Notes: a model not told the origin generated them from the sequence alone. A DNA stretch of 64,000 nucleotides from Akkermansiaceae bacterium (GCA_051251915.1 JBPOGF010000002.1:96001-160000), one strand, 5' to 3'; positions 49,410 to 60,527 are shown, counted from the stretch's first letter. Made by a program: numbers and translations.

Positions 49410-51266
49410 CTACCAATCGCTCAAGGATTTCATCTCTACCTTTTCCACTGCTCCCCCCTCTTCCCAGACCGGAGATAGAAGGACAGTGACTGTGGTTTTT
49501 CCTTGAGTTTCTGGAAGGCGGATAACAAGCCGACTCACCCCTTTGTTCCTTTTTTGCGGAGGCTGTTGCTCTGCTGACTCTACCTCAAACTGGGCTCCTG
49601 CCGGACTCAATATTTTAGCGATGAGTTGTTTGCCCTTCAAGCTCAGCCGTGCTGTATCGGCTTTCTCAAGGACTATGGTCGCATCAGTCGTCATCCCCCA
49701 GAGCAGCTCGCTTGGGCGGAGGATATCGATTTCGTCCTGCACCACGACGGCACGTCTTCCCTCCACGAGGGCCACGCCACGATGGGCTTTCGATGTATCG
49801 GCGGCATAGGCCTGGCTCAGGTCGATCTCGGCGAAAGGAAACTCTTTGCTGGATTTAAATCGTGTCAGCTTGGCGACGGCATTTGCATGCTGGTTCTTGT
49901 TGTCGAGCATGGGGACATTGTGGCTGGCGGAACCGAGCCGGTAATAGGTCCAGCGAGTACCTCCCTCTTGGTAACTCCAGTAGTGAGGAAGATTGTAGTT
50001 ATCGGAGCCAAGGTCTCTTGCCCAGCGGACGCCGAGGGCATCTAACTCAAAATTGCCCAGGTCAAGGTGTCCATGATGAGCTTGGTTGTAGCCCGCTTTG
50101 ACGCCTACGAAAAGAGCGTTTGGATCATCCCAAGCACTGCGGAAGAGAGAGGTCTCTACTTGGCCTTTCAGAAGGCGGTCGAGCGACTTGTCTGCGGGCT
50201 TTTTCCCCGATGGAGGCGTGTACCAAACTACATGGAGCGGGCTGTAGTTCTTATCCTTGATCAAGCGGTGTTCAGCATCGGCGAAGTCCGGGTTGTCGTA
50301 GGTCCGAGAAAGCCAGAAATGGCAAGGTGCCGATCTGTGTTTTTTGAAATCTCCAGCGTCAGCATAACTGAAATAAAGTCCGGTAGGGCCGGTCGAGTAG
50401 AGGGGCACGTAGCCGGTGGTGGCTAAGCCAGCTGACTTCGAGAGACCAAAATCCGTGCCGAGGGCCGTCTCCAGTGCGGTGAGGGCGAAAGCGGTGTACT
50501 CCGTAGCATATTTCCAATAGCCAATCCCTTCCGCCCAGACGCCGTCAGGTGCGTAGGAGCCGAGGGCTGTGGGCAGGTTTTCCAAGGCTCGGTCGATAAG
50601 ATACTCTGCTGTGTCGGGGTGGGACTCAGCGACCGCCAAGGCGCCGATGAGGAGGCCGCCGTTGCATACTTGGTTCCAGTTATAGGCGTAGGTAAAATGG
50701 TGGTAGCCTTCCTTGTAGCGTTCGATTCCGGGCTTGAGTCCCTTCGTGACGAGCGCCTCACGAATGGTAGTGCGAGATTTCGGCTCTAGGTAATGATAGA
50801 TCCAATCGTAGCCTAGCCCCACGGCATGACTCATTTCAGCAGTATCTAGGAAATGGCTGGGGTTCCAGTCGGGGAAATCACACACGGCAAGGAGGTTTTC
50901 CTCGATCTTCTTGGCATATTTAACGTCGCCCGTCCATCGCCAAGCGACCCCCAGCTCGTAGATGCGTTCCAGGCAGTCCTTGCTTACGTGGAGCAGCCTT
51001 GGACCACGCTTGGTGTAGGTCAGTAAGGGGGCGTCTAGGTAAGCATCAGCCTTGCGGATGACTCCGCGGATTATACCCTGCAGCACGACGTCGCTCTTGG
51101 CACGATTCTTCAGGTTTTGAAGTTCCGCCTCTTTCAGCATGAGGCGAGGATGCTCCGCCTCTAAGGTGCTCAGGATCGGGGTTGAGTCATTGTCAGGGCT
51201 GGCATGGCTGATCCCTGTTAAGAGAATGGCGATCGCTAACGAGAGAAAGGTGAGAATGTGTTTCAT
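49410..51266 (-). CDS. Heparinase II/III family polysaccharide lyase
   Basis: HPRL, HFLDTAEM, NWNQVCNGG, EGIGYW.Y, HGHLDLG.F, HN; visibly more GC-rich than its neighbours. Confidence 0.88.
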   Translation of the reverse strand: MKHILTFLSLAIAILLTGISHASPDNDSTPILSTLEAEHPRLMLKEAELQNLKNRAKSDVVLQGIIRGVIRKADAYLDAPLLTYTKRGPRLLHVSKDCLERIYELGVAWRWTGDVKYAKKIEENLLAVCDFPDWNPSHFLDTAEMSHAVGLGYDWIYHYLEPKSRTTIREALVTKGLKPGIERYKEGYHHFTYAYNWNQVCNGGLLIGALAVAESHPDTAEYLIDRALENLPTALGSYAPDGVWAEGIGYWKYATEYTAFALTALETALGTDFGLSKSAGLATTGYVPLYSTGPTGLYFSYADAGDFKKHRSAPCHFWLSRTYDNPDFADAEHRLIKDKNYSPLHVVWYTPPSGKKPADKSLDRLLKGQVETSLFRSAWDDPNALFVGVKAGYNQAHHGHLDLGNFELDALGVRWARDLGSDNYNLPHYWSYQEGGTRWTYYRLGSASHNVPMLDNKNQHANAVAKLTRFKSSKEFPFAEIDLSQAYAADTSKAHRGVALVEGRRAVVVQDEIDILRPSELLWGMTTDATIVLEKADTARLSLKGKQLIAKILSPAGAQFEVESAEQQPPQKRNKGVSRLVIRLPETQGKTTVTVLLSPVWEEGGAVEKVEMKSLSDW

Positions 51267-51460
51267 GGTTTTCTAGAGTATATGATAAACCACTAATACG
51301 GAGTTAGAATGTTATTTTATTCAAGTTTATGGAACCAGGCAGAATTATGATACTCCTGACACATATACCACTCATTCCTGCTGTGGCTTTGATGATAGAA
51401 TGGTTATCTTTTACTGCCTGAGTATTTAGCGATCAATCGATTCTCACTATTCAACTGGAA

Positions 51461-52003
51461 TTAGAGGTTGAATTCTATTTTAATGTTCTGTTTTTTAAGG
51501 TGTTCGATATGATCGTTGATTTTAAACTCTGAATCTTTAAAGCTAGATAATCTCTGTCTGGATTGTTCCTGCCTCGCTATACTTCTGGCAAAGCGTCTGA
51601 TGGATTCCTCCGTATCTAAGATTAAACCTGGGATCTTGGCATTTTTGCCATTTTCATCCTTAGCAACCATGGTGAAGTAAGAGGAGTTGCAATGCTTTAT
51701 TTTGCCAGTTTGGATGTTTTCTGATTCTACACGGAGGCCTATCACCATGGATGTCCTGCCTGTGTAGTTCACAGATGCTTTAAGGGTGAGTAATTCACCT
51801 ACTTCAACAGGGCATAAGAAATCTACTCTATTCACTGAGGCTGTGATGCAATAATTTCCAGAATGTTTTGAAGCGCAAGCAAAGGCAATCTGATCCATTA
51901 AGTTGAGGATATGACCACCGTGAATTTTACCACTAAAATTCGAGTGTGATGGTAGCATGAGCTGGGTGATTGATACTTGTGATTCTCTGGCGTGTTTAAA
52001 CAT
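51461..52003 (-). CDS. Acyl-CoA thioesterase (HotDog, YciA-like)
   Basis: HSNFSGKIHGGHILNLMD, TASVNRVDF, GRTSM. Confidence 0.92.
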   Translation of the reverse strand: MFKHARESQVSITQLMLPSHSNFSGKIHGGHILNLMDQIAFACASKHSGNYCITASVNRVDFLCPVEVGELLTLKASVNYTGRTSMVIGLRVESENIQTGKIKHCNSSYFTMVAKDENGKNAKIPGLILDTEESIRRFARSIARQEQSRQRLSSFKDSEFKINDHIEHLKKQNIKIEFNL

Positions 52004-52180
52004 GTTTCTTCTATATGATCGTTTTAGCTTGATGAGCAGTGCTTATCTTTAAAGTATAAGGCGTGGTATATGAACAGTTTTAGTGGATGGAGTCGATCAC
52101 TTTGCTTTAAAATTGGTGTAATTATAAATTATAGACTGTTCTTATTACAAGTTTCTGGAAATCGCTAATAGGGTTCCAGG

Positions 52181-52441
52181 CTATGTTCCGCCAAGAGTGT
52201 CTCTGAAATCGTTTAGCGATGAACTAAGATGAATCAATTCCTCTTTGATCTCGGAAAGCAGTTTTAGGGCACCTGCTACATCACCTGCACGTGCAAGGCT
52301 ACCGAGTTCACGAATTAGTGCAAAAGCCCTTTGCGCATGGTCGTTCCCTAGTAGACCTTTGAGGCTGTGGGCTACGCGATGCACCTTCTCCGTATTATTT
52401 TCTGAAAAGGCGGAATCCAGATCTGCGAGCAACTGTTCCAC
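52181..52441 (-). pseudogene. HPt domain fragment
   Basis: RVAHSLKG phospho-His motif; no convincing start/RBS spacing and no kinase upstream. Confidence 0.55.
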
Positions 52442-53106
52442 TTCCTCATGTCAAGGTTTGTCCACCCTTCGTTCGTCCGTGTTGTTCTTTGGTGGCTTAT
52501 AGGGAAGGCTTAGGTTTTGATCTGTGGTGCTTCACCACGAATAACACTGATTTCCTCGAATTGGTGGACGATGGAACTTGGGTAGTGTGCTTGGGTTGAT
52601 TGAATTTTGAACCGCAGAAAGCGCGGAAGGACGCTCAACCAAGTTGGTGCTTATGAGGGCTTTGGCGTATGCGGATTGTTGTTGATTTATAATGGCTATG
52701 ACTGATGAGGGTAGAGGTAAGTTTTTTCAATGAGTTACTCTCAAAGCGTTTAAGGATCTCTTTAAATTGTATTCGTTTAGATGTCTCACCATACGTTAAT
52801 GATACCGCTGCGTAAAAAAATAAGCTAAATTGTTTCTTAGAGGTTCTTTAGATAGTGTTTCACCTCTATAGAGGGCGGGCGCTCTTTCTTTCTAACTATA
52901 TTGTTCCACAGTCATGATGTCCGCAACACTGTGCTCTCGCCCCCGTTCGCCCTTACGGTCTGGATATATCGCTCAGCTCCATTGTCGTCTCGCCTTGATG
53001 GAAAGAAAAAATCACTACTCCATTTGTTTTATTTGTTTCACTACTTGGTATGACTAGCTCTTAAATTATTTACTAATCACGGACAGGTTCATTGCTTTTC
53101 TTTTAT

Positions 53107-54066
53107 TTAGTTGGGGTTTTCTATGAGGTAGTTGATACCGTCAATTAGTAGAAATTTGAAGTTTTCATTGGTCCAGTCTGGCATGGCGTGGCCGGCTGAG
53201 ATGCCTATCACTTTAGATTTACCCTGAGGGCATTCCCACATGGCTACGGCTTTCATTTCTCCCTGTTGTCCATTGATGAGAGGAACCACGCCATCGACCT
53301 CATAGAGATTGTCATAGAGCTCGGTGTCTATCATTACGAAATCTTTTGTAATGCGCTGGGTGGCGGGGTGATCTTTAGCGACGACTGAGTAGGTGACTGG
53401 TTCATGGTCACCGTGTTTGCTGGATGCTATGCCTGTGAAGTCTCCCCAGGCAGGGAAAGCGACGCCTGGATGTTTTGCGGTCCATTTATCTACTAATTCC
53501 TGAGTGGTTCTTGCTGGGCCGTCATTGCCAGGGATGATATTAGCTGTGCCATGTCTGTATGTGGGCCAGAAACAATGCATGGAGCAGTGGATGAGCATAG
53601 CAGGGACGCCGTTGGTGCGGGTTTGTTCCATGATGTTGTGAGTTGCTTCTAGGTCGGCACTGGATGCTATACAAAAATTATAGACGACTGCGTCATATCC
53701 TTTCGCATAATCTTTCTGTTTTAGTAAGCCTAGTAGTTCTGCGTAATTTTGATGTCGTGGGTGTTTTTCTCTGATGGCGGCGTCTTCTGGTGTTGTTCCT
53801 TTTCTCGCTTTTCTCAGATCAGCATAGGAGATGCCGATGTCAGTTTTCATCACGGTTACATCCCAGTCAGCTTCTTTGGCATATTCTTGGAAAAACGATT
53901 CTTGTTGTTTGTAGTCATGAAAGTTTCCAGGGTAATGCGTGACATAGAGCACTTTCTTGCTTTGTGCTTCTGCTACGGCTTCGGTTATCGGCTGCGTTTG
54001 TTTACAGGAGATGAAGATGAAGCCAGCACACAATGGGATGCATAGAATTTTGATTAGATTATTCAT
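53107..54066 (-). CDS. ThuA-like domain lipoprotein
   Basis: FISC lipobox, FHDY, YDAVVYN, IHCSMH, HP, ELY, SAGH. Confidence 0.75.
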   Translation of the reverse strand: MNNLIKILCIPLCAGFIFISCKQTQPITEAVAEAQSKKVLYVTHYPGNFHDYKQQESFFQEYAKEADWDVTVMKTDIGISYADLRKARKGTTPEDAAIREKHPRHQNYAELLGLLKQKDYAKGYDAVVYNFCIASSADLEATHNIMEQTRTNGVPAMLIHCSMHCFWPTYRHGTANIIPGNDGPARTTQELVDKWTAKHPGVAFPAWGDFTGIASSKHGDHEPVTYSVVAKDHPATQRITKDFVMIDTELYDNLYEVDGVVPLINGQQGEMKAVAMWECPQGKSKVIGISAGHAMPDWTNENFKFLLIDGINYLIENPN

Positions 54067-54110
54067 GAGATTATTCTGACAGAAAATTACGTTCGATTCT
54101 TGTTTGTAGG

Positions 54111-55643
54111 CTATTCTACATTGATTGTAGATTGCAGCGAAATAGAGGGGTTTTTGGCATCACCAAAGTTGCCGTTCTCAACTTCTATCGTGGATTCATC
54201 GATGAACTTGCCTACTTCTGAATAGCTTCGGATTGAACAACTATGAAGTTCACCGCTAGCTTTACTACCTGTTACAGTATGAAATTTAATAAACAGGCGG
54301 GCTTTACCGTCGTTGTCATTAGCTAGTTTCTCATAGAGATGAGTGATATCTACGCCTACCTCTAGAGGAGTATCATTGTCAACTCCGGCCATTGGTGTGT
54401 TACCTGGTTTATTTTCACCAAGGATTTCCCAACCGTTTAGATGTTCTGGGTTATAATTGAATTCTGCTTCTACTGCATTTTCATTACTAGATATTCCTAC
54501 AGTCATTCTCAGGTCGGAACGGTCACTATGGGATAATTTCAGTTTTAGAGTTTTACGAGGAGTGTATTGAGCAACTTCGATTCTTCCAAAGAAGTTCCCA
54601 CGGAGCCAAGTTGAATCAGTCATGGCACTGTAAAGAAGATAGATTTTTCCGTTATTGGCAAATTCCTCTCCCCATGAGTTCACGACGATATATGCGCCTT
54701 TCTCCCAGTCTGCTAGAGTTACTTTTCCATCACCGTTGATATCAATGTTATTCGTGATTTTACCATCATCGTTTAAATCGACGGCGACATCATCATCATA
54801 ACCTACGCAAGCGATACCGTGGCCGTATCCTGATGGACCCCACTTTTTCCAGACTTTTTTGCCTTCTTCGTGGCTGCCTTTAGGAATTTCTACGGTTACT
54901 TTTTTCAGCTCTCCCATTCTGCCGTCTAATGCTAGTAATCCGCCTTTAGAAGGTTTTTCTGAATTTGGGTTATTGCGATCGTAGAGCCAGCCACGAACTT
55001 CGTGGAGTTGTTCGATAGTGACTGCTGGGGTGTAGCGGTATCCTGTGACGCGGTTGTTCATCGCGTTGCGCCAGATGTTATAGTCATTAGGCCACAGGCC
55101 AATTTCATTGAGACGGACTCCTCCATAAGTTTCAGCGTCTGGTATACCGATTCTCTTGGCCACTTCCCAACCATGATACGCTTCAGAACCTTGATTCTTG
55201 GCACTATTTACCATGTTCCATGAGAAATGCGCGGGGTAGCTATGTTTGAGAGAATCTGCAGTGTTTCCAGTGAGAACATTCATTTCGTAGGTGAACATGC
55301 TAGCTACTGCGGCAAATTGTCCGCATGCGCCCCAGATTTGCTTGTAGACTGGAGGGAATTCAGGGCGCTCAGAATTATCAATTCGAGATGGAAGACGGGA
55401 AAGGTCTAATTTCTTAGAGCCTACATCTGCGCCCTTTGCTCCTTCCCAAGTGTTATACTTATCCCCTAGAGATGGAGGTCTGGTGAAATGACCTGGATAG
55501 ACAGCATGAGCAGACTGGATTTCTGAAGTGGCTGTTTCTGAGGCATGGGCCATCTGACAAAGAGAAACCGCAAATATGAATTTATAGATTCTCTTGTTGA
55601 CGATGTTTGAGGGTGTGTGCTGGGCGTGATTCTTTCTTAGCAT
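54111..55643 (-). CDS. Papain-like (C1) cysteine peptidase domain protein
   Basis: LPSRIDNS, Q..GAC, HGIACVGY, VNSWG catalytic motifs. Confidence 0.8.
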   Translation of the reverse strand: MLRKNHAQHTPSNIVNKRIYKFIFAVSLCQMAHASETATSEIQSAHAVYPGHFTRPPSLGDKYNTWEGAKGADVGSKKLDLSRLPSRIDNSERPEFPPVYKQIWGACGQFAAVASMFTYEMNVLTGNTADSLKHSYPAHFSWNMVNSAKNQGSEAYHGWEVAKRIGIPDAETYGGVRLNEIGLWPNDYNIWRNAMNNRVTGYRYTPAVTIEQLHEVRGWLYDRNNPNSEKPSKGGLLALDGRMGELKKVTVEIPKGSHEEGKKVWKKWGPSGYGHGIACVGYDDDVAVDLNDDGKITNNIDINGDGKVTLADWEKGAYIVVNSWGEEFANNGKIYLLYSAMTDSTWLRGNFFGRIEVAQYTPRKTLKLKLSHSDRSDLRMTVGISSNENAVEAEFNYNPEHLNGWEILGENKPGNTPMAGVDNDTPLEVGVDITHLYEKLANDNDGKARLFIKFHTVTGSKASGELHSCSIRSYSEVGKFIDESTIEVENGNFGDAKNPSISLQSTINVE

Positions 55644-55907
55644 AAGATCTAAAATGGTTATAAAATTTCAATTCAAGTAGGGGAACAAATGTTGAATGAG
55701 AATTATTCAATTATTCAATTGTTCTCTGATTTTCACAATTATGTTCCTGTTATACTGATGTGGGTCGCGGTATCTTTCATTATTTGAAGAAAGGTATTTT
55801 AAGGTGATTCTTCTATGTGGTATTAGAATTCTGTTCGTTCAAAGTTCGTTTCAAGGTTTGATCATTAAATGCCATCTTCTCCGTTCACGCACAGATTCTT
55901 ATTATAC

Positions 55908-58073
55908 TTAGTGTTTTAGTTTTTGTAATAAATACGTGTGTTGGAGAGCCATGCGTTTAGCGGTTTCTTTTAGGTTAGCTGCAGCTGAATGGCCACCATC
56001 TATGTTTTCGTAGTAGAGGAATTTATGCCCTTGATCTTCGAGGCGTTTGGCCATTTTTCGGGCGTGAGCTGGGTGGACTCGGTCGTCTTTTGTGGATGTT
56101 AGGAAGAAGATTTCTGGGTAATCTGTATTGGGTGAGATGTTATGATAGGGTGAGATGGAACGGAGGAATTTACCTTCTTGAGGGTCTTCTGGGTTACCAT
56201 ATTCACCGACCCATGAGGCGCCGGCTAGCAGAGTGTGATAGCGCATCATGTCGAGGAGTGGGACGCTGCAGATGACGGCATTAAAAAGGTCAGGACGTTG
56301 AGTAAACATCACTCCCATTAGTAGGCCGCCGTTTGATCCGCCTTCGATGCCTAGATGGGCTGGAGAGGTGATCTTTTTGTCGATGAGATCTTCTGCTACT
56401 GAGATGAAGTCGTCGTAGATTTTCTGTCTGTTAGTTTTGAGGCCTGCTTGATGCCACTTGGGCCCATATTCACCACCGCCACGGATGTTAGCGAGCACAT
56501 AGACTCCGCCACGCTCGATCCAGAGTTTGCCTCTAGTTGCGCTGTAGGATGGGTTTAACGAGATTTTAAAACCACCGTAGCCGTATAGTAAGGTGGGTGC
56601 GGAGCTGTTCTTTGGTTGGTCTTTTTTACGGATAACGAAGTAGGGGACTTTGGTGCCATCGGTTGAGGTAGAGAAGAACTGTTCAGCAAGCATGCTGTCA
56701 GCATCAAACCAGTCCGGTAGTGACTTGGCTTGGGCTTTTTTCATCGTATTAGTGTTGAGCGTCCAGAGGGTGTCTGGGGTGAGAAAGCTCTCGGTGGAAA
56801 TGAAAGCGATGTCTTCTTTATCGTTGGTAAATCCGATAGAAACAGATCCGTTAGCTGGGAAATCTAGCTTTTTGGAGGCCCATAATTTTCCATTCCAGTC
56901 AAATGCGTGGGCGGATCCTTTCACGTCCGTTGTGGTGCTGAGTAGTAGTTTAGATTTTGTCACTCCTAGGCTACCGATCGATGATTTTGCATCAGGGGCG
57001 TAGACGAGGGAGGTGTTGGGAATTTTCCCATCCTGCATAAAGTCATCGATTGAAAAGCTGACTAGCTCACCACTTTGGTGACCTCGCCAATTTTCATTGA
57101 GTAACAGCAAAATCTGACCTTTGAATTCACCTCTAATGTATGATTTTCTAGGTATCGGGAATTTAATGGCATTACTGATCGAGCCGTCCTTTTTTCTGGG
57201 CAGCCAGAAGGTTTCTGATTCATAAAACGTGATCCCACGTGTAGTGACTATTTCGCGGCGCCCATCAGATAATTCAAAAACCGAAGCACGGTAAGAGACA
57301 TCTGCGGTCTCACCACGGCCTATTTCGATGGCGTCTGTCAGAGGTGTTCCGCGCTTCCATAGTTTAGCGATCATTGGGTAGCCGCTATCAGTTAGGGTGC
57401 CGGGGCCAAAATCAGTTCCAATGACTAGGTGGTCTGCATCTAACCAGTCAGTTCTGCCCTTGGACTCAGGAACTTCGAATCCTCCATCGACGAAGCTCTT
57501 TGTTTTCACATTAAACTCGCGGCGCACGACTGCGTCTTTACCGCCATCAGAAAGGCTGAGGATGGCTAGCTCGTAATCTGGTGCTAAATGGTCGCTACCT
57601 TTGTAAACCCAGTTTTTTCCTTCAGCCTTGGATAGGGCATCAATGTCTAGAATGGTTTCCCAAGTGGGAGTGTCAGAAAGATAGCTCTCCAAGTTAGATT
57701 TCCGCCAGATGCCTCGGACATGAGTAGCATCTTGCCAAAAATTATGAACTTCACCACCACGATATGATACGTAAGGGATCTTGTCTTTTGAATTGAGAAT
57801 CTCTAGCGCCTCTGCCTCCATCACTTGGAACCGAGGGTCAGCCTCAAGACGGTCTAGAGTACGTTTATTCCAACTTTTTACCTCTCCAAGTGCTTTTTCG
57901 CCTAGAACTTCTTCGAGATATAAGTGGTCATTATCGTCCTGCTCGGTAGTGGTAGTAATTTTCATTTTACGGCTTTCTATTGTTGTAGAATCAGCCGGAC
58001 CGGCAGGATAAGAATAAGCAGCTAGTGAGGAGATAAGCAGCGAAATTAGGACGGACTTTCTGAGATGATTCAT
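55908..58073 (-). CDS. Prolyl oligopeptidase (S9A)
   Basis: LYGYGGF, NIRGGGEYG..WH, GGSNGG, DDRV, GGH. Confidence 0.95.
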   Translation of the reverse strand: MNHLRKSVLISLLISSLAAYSYPAGPADSTTIESRKMKITTTTEQDDNDHLYLEEVLGEKALGEVKSWNKRTLDRLEADPRFQVMEAEALEILNSKDKIPYVSYRGGEVHNFWQDATHVRGIWRKSNLESYLSDTPTWETILDIDALSKAEGKNWVYKGSDHLAPDYELAILSLSDGGKDAVVRREFNVKTKSFVDGGFEVPESKGRTDWLDADHLVIGTDFGPGTLTDSGYPMIAKLWKRGTPLTDAIEIGRGETADVSYRASVFELSDGRREIVTTRGITFYESETFWLPRKKDGSISNAIKFPIPRKSYIRGEFKGQILLLLNENWRGHQSGELVSFSIDDFMQDGKIPNTSLVYAPDAKSSIGSLGVTKSKLLLSTTTDVKGSAHAFDWNGKLWASKKLDFPANGSVSIGFTNDKEDIAFISTESFLTPDTLWTLNTNTMKKAQAKSLPDWFDADSMLAEQFFSTSTDGTKVPYFVIRKKDQPKNSSAPTLLYGYGGFKISLNPSYSATRGKLWIERGGVYVLANIRGGGEYGPKWHQAGLKTNRQKIYDDFISVAEDLIDKKITSPAHLGIEGGSNGGLLMGVMFTQRPDLFNAVICSVPLLDMMRYHTLLAGASWVGEYGNPEDPQEGKFLRSISPYHNISPNTDYPEIFFLTSTKDDRVHPAHARKMAKRLEDQGHKFLYYENIDGGHSAAANLKETAKRMALQHTYLLQKLKH

Positions 58074-58432
58074 GATGTAATAAAGCTCAGAATAAAAAGT
58101 GAATCAAGTTACTAAATGGAAAAGGCCATTAAAGTAGTTGTGGCTATGTTACATGTGGAAAAGTCGTGCGATTTATCTCATATGAGAATCATCCAATGGA
58201 ACGGTAGCTATTTGTAGGTGGGTGATTTTGATTGTGAATATTTACGATTCACGGACTTTAGACTTTTTATCAGTCGGCCTATTGGCGTTCCAAATTAAGT
58301 TGCCTTGGGTGGTACTGGTTTAGAAAGAGTAGCTATCCATTTTAGATTTTAAGGAAGGTTGATTTAGCTCGAAACAAGAGTTATCGATGTAGAAATAGAC
58401 AAAGTAATGGTTGCGTGAAATAAAATAGTTTC

Positions 58433-60454
58433 TTGGGCTGTTATGCTATTATGATTAAATTAAATTTTGTTATTTTGGGCATCTATGGTGCTCTAGCAAT
58501 GTTGTCTGTCGCGGCTGAAAAGTTCGAAAGCAGTCTTAATGACCTTTATTCACATCTTCAGAAGAAAGAGGTGTTAAACGCAGAGGAACTTATGGGTCTA
58601 GAAGAGGATATAATAGATCAGTCAAAAGAGTTCCAGACTGATTTAGGTATGGTAGAGAAAGGGTTTGCTGCAGTTAAGCTCTATGAGTCAGAGTATGGTC
58701 CTCTTTTCATGAATGATAAGGTGAACGGGATGTTTATGCGTTCGAGGTATGAGGGGATTGAGTTGGAAAGGGTGATCTTTGCTCTGCAGCAAGGGCTTTT
58801 GGATTATGCTTATGAGCCGAAGTCTGTCGGCAAAAACTCTGAGGTGTTTGCATTTAAGTTTGAGACAGCGGATTATTTCCCTGGTGTGTGTGAACAGGAA
58901 GTAGCTAAGGAGACTCTTTCTGTGGATATTAATGCTACACAAATCATAGGTTATGGCTATCCGCTTACTGATGATGGGGATGCAGTGCGTAAGCCTACCG
59001 GGTGGTATTTGCCAGCAGGCGAAGTCGCTAAGTTATCGTTTCCTAAAGCATTAGTGAATAAAGGTTTTAATATTCGAGTGGGTGCTCATTCTTGGGATCT
59101 TGCAAAACGTCCAAAGGTGGGGCGTTTGGACCGTGTGTCACTTGTATATCCTATCGATAGCGAGCAAGTAACGATTGCTCATCCTCTGGGTGGGGCAATC
59201 TATATTGAGGTGCCTTGGGAGGCTGATGCAGGTGTGGTAACAATAAATTCTAGAGGCTTAGCAGAGTCTCCATTTTTCTCGACGACTTCTGCGAGGAAGT
59301 TGACGAATGCAGACTGGGAGCGTGAGTTGGCTAAAAAAACACCATGGGTGGATTTTGAATCAGAAAAGTTCATGATGCAGGTTCCATACGCATGGGCGAA
59401 AGAGCTAAAAAATCCTGAGACAATGATGGCAGAGTATGATAACTGTCTGGATCTATATTCAGAATTGGTGGGAAGACCGAAGATTAGATCGAAGCATATT
59501 CTTTACATGCAGGTGGATGTAACATTCCGAGGAAAGGCATTTTTCCCAGGTTACCCACAATCTAATTTCAATTGGGATCCGAAAAATCCAGAGATTACAT
59601 CCCGTGATCATTGGGTGATAGAAGGGGCGCATAAGGCACCTAGTGTGCTGTTCCATGAAATGGGGCATCACTCACGTTTTTCTAAGTTTACGGGTGGCAC
59701 GGAAGCTGTGGTTAACTTTCCTTATGTCTACATTCATAATGTTGGATATGGAACAGACCTGGATCTCGCATTTGGGAAATCTCGAGACAATGCAGCGATC
59801 TCTATCGATGTAGCAGCTGCAGATAGAATGATTTCTCCGACTTTCCGTGCGGGAGAACCTTGTAACATTTCTAACCGACCTGGAGATGAGGTGAAGTATC
59901 AACATCGTGGATATGCAATTTATGGGGATATTGCCAAGCTCTTTGGTTGGGATGTTTTAACGAGTTTCTGGGCTCAAGATCAGGAGAATTACATAGCAGG
60001 ACAAAATAGTGATATGGAGAAAGGGAAGGATTTTCCTAAAGATATCAATAAAGATCCTACTGATAATCGTATTCTGAGATTATCGATCAAGGCTGGTGTA
60101 GACCTTAGGCCGTTAGCTCACTTTTGGGGACGTCATCCTGAGGATTTCAAGGAGCTAGCTAATGCAATGGAGAAAAATGGATTAAAGCCTTCTGCTAAGA
60201 TCTATGATCGGCTACAGCATTATAAATCAGTTGTTCCTATGAGTGCGGATGAATTTTTAGTTCATGCTAAGAAGCTGTTTCCACGTGTCGAACAAGAAGG
60301 GCAGATCCCTAATGAGACTAATCCACTATTCGGGCATGGGCTTTACCGTCTATGGCTTAAAAAATATAATGATGAACATGGGCAAAAATCACAGGATGCT
60401 CTGCAAGATATCATCGATCTTTATTTCCCGAAGGGAAGGCCTACTGCGAAATAG
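58433..60454 (+). CDS. M60-like metallopeptidase, secreted (likely start 58451)
   Basis: PTGWYLPAGE, GGAIYI, PWVDFES, HEMGH followed by downstream E (TEAVVN). Confidence 0.85.
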   Translation: MGCYAIMIKLNFVILGIYGALAMLSVAAEKFESSLNDLYSHLQKKEVLNAEELMGLEEDIIDQSKEFQTDLGMVEKGFAAVKLYESEYGPLFMNDKVNGMFMRSRYEGIELERVIFALQQGLLDYAYEPKSVGKNSEVFAFKFETADYFPGVCEQEVAKETLSVDINATQIIGYGYPLTDDGDAVRKPTGWYLPAGEVAKLSFPKALVNKGFNIRVGAHSWDLAKRPKVGRLDRVSLVYPIDSEQVTIAHPLGGAIYIEVPWEADAGVVTINSRGLAESPFFSTTSARKLTNADWERELAKKTPWVDFESEKFMMQVPYAWAKELKNPETMMAEYDNCLDLYSELVGRPKIRSKHILYMQVDVTFRGKAFFPGYPQSNFNWDPKNPEITSRDHWVIEGAHKAPSVLFHEMGHHSRFSKFTGGTEAVVNFPYVYIHNVGYGTDLDLAFGKSRDNAAISIDVAAADRMISPTFRAGEPCNISNRPGDEVKYQHRGYAIYGDIAKLFGWDVLTSFWAQDQENYIAGQNSDMEKGKDFPKDINKDPTDNRILRLSIKAGVDLRPLAHFWGRHPEDFKELANAMEKNGLKPSAKIYDRLQHYKSVVPMSADEFLVHAKKLFPRVEQEGQIPNETNPLFGHGLYRLWLKKYNDEHGQKSQDALQDIIDLYFPKGRPTAK

Positions 60455-60527
60455 TAGAGCATCAAATTTTAGACAAAGCAAAGGAGGTAGTCTTGTAGCT
60501 GATATGTCTGCGATTTTTAAGTAAAAT

